DNA of 32,172 nt from Crocinitomicaceae bacterium (GTDB taxonomy: Bacteria > Bacteroidota > Bacteroidia > Flavobacteriales_D > Crocinitomicaceae), in contig JBILQY010000001.1 of the NCBI GenBank assembly GCA_044372955.1, positions 1 through 32,172 of the forward strand. The letters run 5' to 3'. Below are positions 1 through 7,470 of this stretch, piece after piece. Position 1 is the first letter of the stretch, and each line of letters opens with the position of its first letter. The notes under the pieces are model-generated. The model saw nothing but the letters and a program-made list of their open reading frames with translations. It was not told the origin of the DNA and did no database searches. Made by a program: the position numbers and the translations under genes.

Positions 1-20
1 TTCAATTGACTAATTAAAAA

Positions 21-63
21 ATTAGCACATTAGATAATTAGCACATTTAACCATTAGCACATT
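21..63. repeat. Array A of the 11-nt word ATTAGCACATT: 3 units at strict 16-nt spacing. It may continue upstream of the window.
   Basis: Read directly: attagcacatt at 21-31, 37-47 and 53-63, separated by 5-nt variable spacers (agata, taacc). It is preceded by ctaattaaaaa, as in array B. Confidence 0.9.
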
Positions 64-92
64 ATCCCTAACTTTACACAAAATCATTCAAC

Positions 93-692
93 ATGTCACA
101 AATAACCGACTTTTCGCAATTGGACTTAAAGAAGCAGTATACTTACGCCGATTATTTAACGTGGACTTTCGACGATCGTATTGAACTAATTAAAGGATGG
201 ATTTACAAAATGAGTCCTGCTCCAAAAAGAAAACATCAAGAGGTATCGTTGAATATGACTTTATTATTAGCAACATATTTCAAAAAATGTGGCTGTAAAA
301 TTTATGAAGCGCCCTTCGATGTGCGACTTAAGAAAAATAAAGGAAGTGATAGCGAAGTAAACACAGTGGTACAACCCGACATTTCTGTTTTTTGTGACTT
401 AAGCAAATTGGATGATCGCGGGGCAATTGATGCACCAGATTTAGTGGTTGAAATAACTTCTGACAGCACAATGAAAAAGGATTACAACGAAAAGTTTAAT
501 CTGTACGAAGAAAACGGTGTGCAAGAATATTGGATTGCTAATCCTGACTCGAGAAGCATAGAAATTTTCACTAAAGTGGAAGATAAACTCGAATCAATAG
601 GTGTATTCAATGTCAATGATGGAGCAATGGAGGTTAGTTCAGTACTTTTTCCTGATTTGCAAGTTGATCTTTTGAGTGTTTTTAAGGATTAA
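93..692 (+). CDS. Uma2 family (DUF820) putative PD-(D/E)XK endonuclease
   Basis: 199-aa ORF. The N-terminus (YTYADYLTW...RIELIKGWIYKMSPAPKRKHQ) and the core (QPDISVF...APDLVVEITSDSTMKKDYNEKFNLYEENGVQEYWI) match the typical Uma2/DUF820 layout, with D...E.T(S)...K catalytic-type residues. Confidence 0.8.
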   Translation: MSQITDFSQLDLKKQYTYADYLTWTFDDRIELIKGWIYKMSPAPKRKHQEVSLNMTLLLATYFKKCGCKIYEAPFDVRLKKNKGSDSEVNTVVQPDISVFCDLSKLDDRGAIDAPDLVVEITSDSTMKKDYNEKFNLYEENGVQEYWIANPDSRSIEIFTKVEDKLESIGVFNVNDGAMEVSSVLFPDLQVDLLSVFKD

Positions 693-696
693 TTTT

Positions 697-787
697 AATG
701 TGCTAATGTGCTAATGTGCTAATATGCTAATTAACTAATTAAAAATTAGCACATTGAATAATTAGCACATTGATTCATTAGCACATT
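697..787. repeat. Array B of the same word. An inverted part (aatgtgctaat plus gtgctaat, gtgctaat, atgctaat; 697-731) is followed by a direct part (ATTAGCACATT at 745, 761, 777).
   Basis: Read directly. aatgtgctaat is the reverse complement of attagcacatt, so 697-731 can pair with 745-787. This lies between the convergent Uma2 and four-helix-bundle genes. The stop codon of the minus-strand gene (786-788) sits inside the last unit. Confidence 0.9.
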
Positions 788-1139
788 ACCTCCCCTTTCT
801 AGCACTACTAATTATCTTCGTCAGAATCATACCCAATTCATCACAGAAATTTATTAATTCTAGGCAATTTGGATAATTTTCCGAAGCATTGCATAACATT
901 AGCCAGTATTTCGTTTCCTCACATTCTTTCGCTGAAATTTTTAGCTTATGAATAAAATCGGCTCTACTTTCTGCGCTTTGTGCTTCTCGAACATTTGCAC
1001 CAATTGAAGTTCCTGATTTTAAAAGTTGCCGTGAAACCACATACTTTCTCATCTGCTCTAATGTCTCACAAAATTTTACTATTTCAACCGCAAATAAAAA
1101 CGATTTATCTACGATTACATTACCCGTTGTCGCCTGCAT
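786..1139 (-). CDS. Four-helix-bundle protein (23S rRNA intervening-sequence protein family)
   Basis: 117-aa ORF with the family hallmark SIGANVREAQSAESRADFIHKLKISAKECEETKYWL. Confidence 0.85.
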   Translation of the reverse strand: MQATTGNVIVDKSFLFAVEIVKFCETLEQMRKYVVSRQLLKSGTSIGANVREAQSAESRADFIHKLKISAKECEETKYWLMLCNASENYPNCLELINFCDELGMILTKIISSARKGR

Positions 1140-1203
1140 AACCTGTGTCTTTTTACCCTAATTTAGCGAAAAAATACATTTCAACAACCAAAACCAAAAA
1201 AAA

Positions 1204-1366
1204 CATTAGCAAATTATCACATTGATCCATTAGCACATTAAATAATTAGCACATTACCTCATTAGCACATTAGTCAATTAGCACATTAATCCATTAACAC
1301 CTTAGATAATTAGCACATTAGTCAATTAGCACATTGAATCATTAGCACATTAAACCATTAGCACAT
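1204..1366. repeat. Array C of ATTAGCACATT: 9 units in strict 16-nt phase (1228-1366) plus 2 degenerate leading units
   Basis: Units start at 1228, 1244, 1260, 1276, 1292 (attaacacctt, 2 mismatches), 1308, 1324, 1340 and 1356. The 5-nt spacers vary (aaata, acctc, agtca, aatcc, agata, agtca, gaatc, aaacc). Degenerate units: attagcaaatt at 1204 and atcacatt at 1215. Confidence 0.9.
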
Positions 1367-1373
1367 TAGTAAA

Positions 1374-3098
1374 TCAAGGCGTAAACATACTTCCACCCTC
1401 TTTTTTGCGCATTTCGCGACCTTTACTGAACATTTTCTGAACTGCTATTTGTCCGTTGGGCGTGTAAATCGTGAACAAACCGTCCTTCAATCCGTCTTTG
1501 TATTGTATTTCGTGCATCACTTCTCCTCTGCGACCAAGCTGTTTAAAAGTGCCGTGCAATTTTCCGTTTTTGTATTCTGAAATTATTGTTGGAACAACTC
1601 CTCCAGGATAATAATCATACCAAGTTCCATGTTTAACTCCGTTTTTATACTGCCCTTTCGCCTTGATTTGAAAGTCAATTTGTGAGTAAGCTTCATATTT
1701 ACCGTGTGGTTCGCTCACCGTTTCTTTCATTCCCATCACTGCAACGCCGTTTGAATAATTTTTACGCGTAAGAATTTTATAGTGATTTACTTCCTTCAAA
1801 CGTCCGTTGTTATAGTAGTCGCGCCATTCTTTAACCTGCAAATTCTTTTTGTAGTGACCTTCTAAAACCAACGTTCCATCTGGTGTGTATGAAAACCATT
1901 CTCCATTTAACATTCCTTTTTTGAAGGTCGATTTATTCTTTAGTTTTCCATTGTCCCAATAGTTTTGCCATTCACCTGTTTCTTTTCCCTCGTGGTAACT
2001 ACCCGACATTAAAAGTGTTCCTGTTTCATACCATGTCTGCCACAATCCTTCTTTTTGGTCGTTTACAAAATCGCCTTTTTTATACTCTTTTCCATTTTCA
2101 TACAAATAACGCCAAGTTCCAGTCTTTTTTCCTTTGTCAAAATAAGCTGTGTAGGAAAGGCCTCCATCAGGATAATAATATTCCCATTTCCCATCTTGTT
2201 TATCATCTGCAAAAGAACCAATCATTTCAACGTTTCCGTTCTCGGTATTCCAAGTCCATTTACCAGTTTTCTTTCCTAAATTATAAGTTCCTTCCGTATC
2301 GATTTTTCCGTCTGAATAATAAACTGCATAACTTCCGTGTAACGAATCATTGATGAAATTTTCCTTTTTTTCTAAGGTGCCGTCGAAGAAATAATATTCC
2401 CAAGGACCATTTTTCTTTCCATTCACAAACTCACCTGCAACAGACAGTACTCCATTTGCAGTTCGTTCTTCAAAAATCCCCGTTTTTAAACCATCTTTAA
2501 ACGTGTAAAGTTCTTTAGCAACTCCATTGGTGTAAAACGATTTTATGAAGCCATTTCCATCTTTAACAGTTTGTCTTTGTAAGGAGTCTTCCTCCCAAAA
2601 TGCACGTAGGTAAACCGTGTCATTGATAACTTCTTCTGTTTTCCATGGGCGACCATCGCTGTAGAAATATTCCCATTTTCCATCAGGACTTCCTAAAATG
2701 TAATTTCCAGAAACGATTAATTTTCCGTCTTCATTGTATTCTTTGAAAGAAGAATCGGGAACGTTATAGGTGAAAAAACTGACTGTTTTAATTTTCTTTG
2801 AAGGGTAATAGACAATTTGTTTTCCGTGAATTCGATTGCGGTAATACATTCGATCTTCTTCTAGAATTCCGTCGTAAGAATAAAATTGCCAAAGTCCATG
2901 TTTTTCTGTTTTATTCAAAACAACTTTTTCTTCGTTGACATAATAAGAACCAATTGCTTGTAAATGTTTTTTCTGATTATCCCAATAAATTCTTGCTTTT
3001 GGAGAAAGGTTTTCTTTCAGTATTTTTTCATATTGACCGAAAGTGATATTTAAGAAGGAAACGAAAAACAGAAAAGTGAGAAAATGTTTGAATTTCAT
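1374..3098 (-). CDS. Secreted MORN-variant repeat protein (YwqK-like repeat family)
   Basis: 574 aa. Signal peptide MKFKHFLTFLFFVSFLNITFGQ. Many tandem G(K/P)WxxYYxxG-type repeats, for example GKWEYFYSDGRPW, GPWEYYFFDGTL, GKWEYYYPDGGL. Confidence 0.8.
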   Translation of the reverse strand: MKFKHFLTFLFFVSFLNITFGQYEKILKENLSPKARIYWDNQKKHLQAIGSYYVNEEKVVLNKTEKHGLWQFYSYDGILEEDRMYYRNRIHGKQIVYYPSKKIKTVSFFTYNVPDSSFKEYNEDGKLIVSGNYILGSPDGKWEYFYSDGRPWKTEEVINDTVYLRAFWEEDSLQRQTVKDGNGFIKSFYTNGVAKELYTFKDGLKTGIFEERTANGVLSVAGEFVNGKKNGPWEYYFFDGTLEKKENFINDSLHGSYAVYYSDGKIDTEGTYNLGKKTGKWTWNTENGNVEMIGSFADDKQDGKWEYYYPDGGLSYTAYFDKGKKTGTWRYLYENGKEYKKGDFVNDQKEGLWQTWYETGTLLMSGSYHEGKETGEWQNYWDNGKLKNKSTFKKGMLNGEWFSYTPDGTLVLEGHYKKNLQVKEWRDYYNNGRLKEVNHYKILTRKNYSNGVAVMGMKETVSEPHGKYEAYSQIDFQIKAKGQYKNGVKHGTWYDYYPGGVVPTIISEYKNGKLHGTFKQLGRRGEVMHEIQYKDGLKDGLFTIYTPNGQIAVQKMFSKGREMRKKEGGSMFTP

Positions 3099-3139
3099 AA
3101 GTGTATTTGACTTTTATTAACCTGCAATGCACAGGAGTG

Positions 3140-3814
3140 TTACAAGTTTTTGATGAAATTTTGAAGAATAAGAAAAATTCCGAATAAACTAAAAATGATT
3201 CCTATTAAGCGATTGAGTGCGTTTAGAAGATTGGGCGTAACAAGCGGTCGTAATTTTTTAGCAGCTAGTATTTTCAATACATCAATCCCAAAAAAGGTAA
3301 TCAAAACAATACTTACAAATAAAAACTCCCAAGGAAAACTGGATTTTGGTGGAGAAAATTGGGTTGCTAAGGACATCACACTCATCCAATAGAAAATAAC
3401 AAGTGGATTGGCTAGATTCAACAAAAATCCCTTTAATCCCAATAAGAAATAATCTTTGGTTTGGGCAGGTGTGGCAGCTATCGAAGCAGTTAATTCTAGT
3501 ACCTCCGGATTCTCAAGATCTTTAAAATTATTTTTCTTCTTGAGTAAATTATATATACCATAGCCTATGAAAATACTACCACCTACAAATCCAAAAATAA
3601 TTTTGTTGTCACCCGAATCCAAACTTTTCAATTGATCTACAAAAATCGCAGCAAAAAGAACATACATTACATCGCTCAATAAAACGCCGAAATCAAGCAC
3701 CAATGCTGACTTAATTCCTTTAGTTATACTAGTTTCCAGCAATACAAAAAAAACAGGGCCAATCATGACGCTCAATAAAAATCCAATACCGAAAGCTTGT
3801 AAAAAGAACTGCAT
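3140..3814 (-). CDS. LysE/RhtB family amino-acid exporter
   Basis: 224-aa polytopic membrane protein. The N-terminus FGIGFLLSVMIGPVFFVLLETSITKG and its size fit LysE-type translocators. Confidence 0.7.
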   Translation of the reverse strand: MQFFLQAFGIGFLLSVMIGPVFFVLLETSITKGIKSALVLDFGVLLSDVMYVLFAAIFVDQLKSLDSGDNKIIFGFVGGSIFIGYGIYNLLKKKNNFKDLENPEVLELTASIAATPAQTKDYFLLGLKGFLLNLANPLVIFYWMSVMSLATQFSPPKSSFPWEFLFVSIVLITFFGIDVLKILAAKKLRPLVTPNLLNALNRLIGIIFSLFGIFLILQNFIKNL

Positions 3815-3903
3815 ACCACAAAATTACGCTTATTCTAAAGTGAATTACCAAACAAATTATTGATTGTTCCCCAATCAATTGTGAATAATTCAAGTAATCT
3901 CAT

Positions 3904-3911
3904 TAACTTTG
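3904..3911 (+). promoter_or_regulatory. Bacteroidota -7 promoter box TAnnTTTG (TAACTTTG)
   Basis: Exact match to the consensus, 21 nt upstream of the ATG at 3932. Confidence 0.5.
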
Positions 3912-3931
3912 CGCCCATAATTAATATTTTT

Positions 3932-4291
3932 ATGAGAACTGGTCTTGCGAATCAAAAATTGGATGCTATAATTTCTAAGGTTGAACAACACGGTGTTTCC
4001 GCGCCAAACTTGGTTGACGATTTAAAAGATTTACGCGAATCTGCATTGTTAGAACAAGATCCTTTGGTTGTAAAAGTATTGCGTTTAACGTATGAGTTTT
4101 TAGCTGAAAATGAGGCTTTTGATGTTGAAGCTCAGTATGAAGAAGATGAAGAAGGAAATGAATATCCTATCGAAATCGACGACAAAGACAACCTTTTGTA
4201 TTTGTTGAATCTTCTTAAAAATGCGGAACACAAAATCAACCGCGAAGAAATTAAAGATTACAGAACTTCTCTAAAAATGGAGTTGTATTAA
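3932..4291 (+). CDS. Hypothetical acidic protein (119 aa from the ATG at 3932)
   Basis: The ORF track starts at a TTG at 3860, but a TAACTTTG promoter box lies inside that extension. I take the ATG at 3932 (MRTGLANQKLD...) as the start. No recognisable family. Confidence 0.6.
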   Translation: MRTGLANQKLDAIISKVEQHGVSAPNLVDDLKDLRESALLEQDPLVVKVLRLTYEFLAENEAFDVEAQYEEDEEGNEYPIEIDDKDNLLYLLNLLKNAEHKINREEIKDYRTSLKMELY

Positions 4292-4483
4292 TTTCAGAAT
4301 TTTATCTAATTTATTTTTATTTCCCATTTAAATAGAGGCTAAATGAGTTAGCCACTAAATTTCTCTATGAGCTATACGGTCAATACTAGTATAGTTTTAT
4401 GAAATTTTCAATGTTTAAAAGTAAAAAGAGCCCTTGCTTTTAATGACTTAAACTTTTTCAAATTTGTAGTAAATACAGAAACT

Positions 4484-5458
4484 ATGAAAATTTTAAACGT
4501 AACTATTCAAGCAATTGTTTTAACAGCAATCGTGAGTGCCTGCGTTCCTTCTAAAAAATATAAAGAACTTGTTGCTAGAGAAAAAACGTGTGCTGAAGAA
4601 TTAGAGAAATACAGAAAAAGTAGCGATGAATTTGAAGCGGCTTCCAAAGATTTAGGCACAAAATATGACATCGCAAGTAAAGATGTTTCCAAACTTAAAC
4701 AAGACACAACAAGTTTAGGCAACACGTTGCGATTTTTAAAACGTGATTATAGCCAACTATTAGAACAACACGAATCGCTTGAAAAATCATTTGATAAGTT
4801 GAAAAACTTAAGTGCCAAAGAAACCGCAACCTTACAATCAGAATTGGAAGCGAAAAATAAAGAATTACAATCGAAAGAGAATGCACTTTTAAAATTAGAT
4901 CAAGAATTAAAAGCCAAAGAAGTTTTATTAAAAGAGCGTGAGAAACGTGTAAATGAATTGGAAGAAGCAATTCGTAAAAAAGACGCAATCGTCCAATTGT
5001 TGAAGGCGAAAGTGGCAAATGCACTTGTTGGTTTTGAAAACAAAGGTTTAACTGTAATTCAGAAAAACGGAAAAATTTACGTGAGTTTAGAAGCTAAATT
5101 GTTGTTTAAATCTGGAAGTACATTCGTTGAACCAGAAGGAAAAGTTGCTTTAATTGAACTTGGAAAAGCATTAGAAACAGAAAAAGACTTAGAAATTGTC
5201 GTGGAAGGTCACACGGATGCTGACAAATTAATAAGTCCGACTTCACCAAAAAACAACTGGGAACTTTCTGTTTTGCGTGCTACATCAGTTGTTGAAATTT
5301 TATTGGCAAATTCAAAAATGAATCCAAGTCAAATTATGGCAGCAGGTCGCGGAGAGTTTTTTCCTGTAAGCACAACAGACAAAGCAAAGAATCGTCGCAT
5401 TGAAGTAATTATTTCTCCAAACCTAAACGAATTATTTGAAATTATTTCCAATGATTAA
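4484..5458 (+). CDS. OmpA/MotB-domain lipoprotein with an N-terminal coiled coil
   Basis: Lipoprotein signal ...LTAIVSAC. Long K/E/L-rich coiled-coil segment. C-terminal OmpA-like motif VVEGHTDADK...NWELSVLRATSVVEIL...GRGEFFPV...NRRIEVIISP. Confidence 0.85.
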   Translation: MKILNVTIQAIVLTAIVSACVPSKKYKELVAREKTCAEELEKYRKSSDEFEAASKDLGTKYDIASKDVSKLKQDTTSLGNTLRFLKRDYSQLLEQHESLEKSFDKLKNLSAKETATLQSELEAKNKELQSKENALLKLDQELKAKEVLLKEREKRVNELEEAIRKKDAIVQLLKAKVANALVGFENKGLTVIQKNGKIYVSLEAKLLFKSGSTFVEPEGKVALIELGKALETEKDLEIVVEGHTDADKLISPTSPKNNWELSVLRATSVVEILLANSKMNPSQIMAAGRGEFFPVSTTDKAKNRRIEVIISPNLNELFEIISND

Positions 5459-5460
5459 AA

Positions 5461-7470
5461 ATGGCAACTAAGTCAATAAAAGGAAAAGAAAAACAAAAAG
5501 CTAGCGCAGTAGAAACGAAAGAAGTGCTACCAAAAGAAACTTCTTCTCGCTCGAAATGGCTTATCATTATAGGAATCTTAGCCTTAACTTTTATTGCTTA
5601 TTTACCCGGTTTTTCACCCGAAAAGGAATTTACGAATTGGGACGACTTGGGTTATGTGGTTGAACAACCTTTGGTAAAAACAAGTAATCCCGATAGTTTA
5701 AAACTACTTTTTGAGCCAACGACACAGGTGATGTTGAATTATCATCCGCTGACAATGTTAACATTGGCTTATAATTATTCAAATGCGGAATTAGACATTC
5801 AACCTTATTTCAAAACAAATCTATTTCTTCATCTTTTAAACACTTTTTTAGTTTTCTTGGTGCTTTTTAAATGGAGTAAAAGTTCGCTTTACATTGCTGG
5901 TTTTGGCGCATTAATTTTTGGAATTCACCCGATGCACGTTGAAAGTGTTGCGTGGATTTCTGAACGAAAAGATGTCCTTTATACCTTTTTCTTTTTGCTT
6001 TCCTTACTTAGTTATTTAAGGTACCTCGACCGTCAAAAAATCGCCTGGTTACTTGTTGCTTTTGTATTGTTTATAGCTTCTTGTTTAAGTAAAGCAATGG
6101 CGGTTCCGCTTCCGCTTGTTTTTCTTTTGGTCGATTTCTTGTACAAAAGAAAGTTTTCAGTAGCTGTTATCTTGGAGAAAATTCCGTTTTTGGCACTCTC
6201 CGTTTGGTTTGGTTTAAATGCTGTTAAAATTCAGTCCGCTGGTGCTATTGCAGAATTTGAAGTCTTCACCTTGTTTGAGCGTGTAATGTTTGCCTCTTAC
6301 GGCTTTTTGATGTATTGGGTTAAGTTTTTCGTGCCAACAAATCTTTCTGCTTTTTATCCTTACCCAACTTTTGGTGAAGACAAAGCTTTACCAATAATTT
6401 ACACACTTGCGCCATTTATTGTGCTTTCGTTAGTCTTGACTCCGCTCATCTATTTTTACAAAAAGCAAAAGTCGAATTTTAGAATTTACCTCTTCGGAAT
6501 GGGGTTTTTCGTTTTAATGATTGCCTTAGTTCTACAATTTATTTCTGTTGGTTCGGCAATTATGGCGGATAGATATGCTTACATTCCTTACATCGGTGGA
6601 AGTTTTATGCTCTTGGTATTTGCTTTTAATTTCCAAGAAAAACTAAAAAATAAGCGTGTCATTCCAGTGATTCTTTCGATTTATTGTTTGTTCCTTTTCG
6701 TTCAGAATTATAAACAAGTTGCAATTTGGACCAACTCTGAAACTTTGTGGTCAAATGTAATTGAGCAATATCCATTTGTTATTGAACAAGAAGGAAACAA
6801 AGTATTTGTTAGGCAAACAGGTGTTGAAGTGGCACATAAAAATCGTGGAAACTACTACCGAGAGCACGGAAGAATGGATTTAGCATTTAAGGACTACGAC
6901 ATTTTAGTGAGTGCACGCGTGAAAGATCCATTGGTTTACAGCAATATGGCGAATATGTATGCTTTGGAAGGTAAGTTCCAGGAGTCGATTGATATGTACA
7001 AAATGGCTTTGGAGCGCGATTCTAGCTCCTTTGATGTATATGTAAACCGTGGAATTACTTATACTAAAATGGCACAACGAGAAAATGCAATTAAAGATTT
7101 TAAGAAAGCACTTGCTATACAACCGAAAAATCAAATGGCTTTATCGAATCTCTGTTCAGAATTAGTGAATAGCAGCAATTTTAAAGAAGCAATCATTTAT
7201 TCAAATTCGCTAATAAAATTATATCCAACAAGTTACGACGGCTATTTCTACCGCGGAACAGCAAATGTCAATTTAGGAAATCATACAAGTGCATTAGAAG
7301 ATTTGAATCAATCCATAAAATTAAATCCAAACTATATGTATAATTGGTTCAATGCTTCTGTTTCCTACAAAGCAATTGGAGATTTAAAAAAGGCGTTGGA
7401 ATATGCCTTGAAAGCTAAAGAATTGGGTATGGAAGTTAATCCTGCTTATTTGGAGAGTTTGAAAAACTAA
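5461..7470 (+). CDS. Polytopic membrane protein with a C-terminal TPR domain (PMT/GT39-like, TMTC-type architecture)
   Basis: 669 aa. About 10 hydrophobic segments in the N-terminal 430 aa, then TPR-like repeats (NRGNYYREHGRMDLAFKDY..., NRGITYTKMAQRENAIKDFKKALAIQP..., FYRGTANVNLGNHTSALEDLNQSIKLNP). It starts 2 nt after the OmpA gene. Confidence 0.65.
   Translation: MATKSIKGKEKQKASAVETKEVLPKETSSRSKWLIIIGILALTFIAYLPGFSPEKEFTNWDDLGYVVEQPLVKTSNPDSLKLLFEPTTQVMLNYHPLTMLTLAYNYSNAELDIQPYFKTNLFLHLLNTFLVFLVLFKWSKSSLYIAGFGALIFGIHPMHVESVAWISERKDVLYTFFFLLSLLSYLRYLDRQKIAWLLVAFVLFIASCLSKAMAVPLPLVFLLVDFLYKRKFSVAVILEKIPFLALSVWFGLNAVKIQSAGAIAEFEVFTLFERVMFASYGFLMYWVKFFVPTNLSAFYPYPTFGEDKALPIIYTLAPFIVLSLVLTPLIYFYKKQKSNFRIYLFGMGFFVLMIALVLQFISVGSAIMADRYAYIPYIGGSFMLLVFAFNFQEKLKNKRVIPVILSIYCLFLFVQNYKQVAIWTNSETLWSNVIEQYPFVIEQEGNKVFVRQTGVEVAHKNRGNYYREHGRMDLAFKDYDILVSARVKDPLVYSNMANMYALEGKFQESIDMYKMALERDSSSFDVYVNRGITYTKMAQRENAIKDFKKALAIQPKNQMALSNLCSELVNSSNFKEAIIYSNSLIKLYPTSYDGYFYRGTANVNLGNHTSALEDLNQSIKLNPNYMYNWFNASVSYKAIGDLKKALEYALKAKELGMEVNPAYLESLKN

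Noticed and set aside
1204-1366. CRISPR array interpretation of the ATTAGCACATT arrays (also 21-63 and 745-787)
   Set aside because: The repeats are 11 nt and the spacers only 5 nt. That is far below CRISPR dimensions. No cas genes or leader are present.
1374-3098. Toxin-antitoxin role for the YwqK-like MORN-repeat protein
   Set aside because: It has a signal peptide and 574 aa of repeats. No adjacent toxin-like partner is present. The YwqK label reflects repeat similarity only.
7467-7470. The 4-nt convergent stop-codon overlap (CTAA) between the TPR membrane protein gene and the type B sorting-domain gene, read as a regulatory feature
   Set aside because: This is a common consequence of compact gene packing. 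No associated structure was seen.
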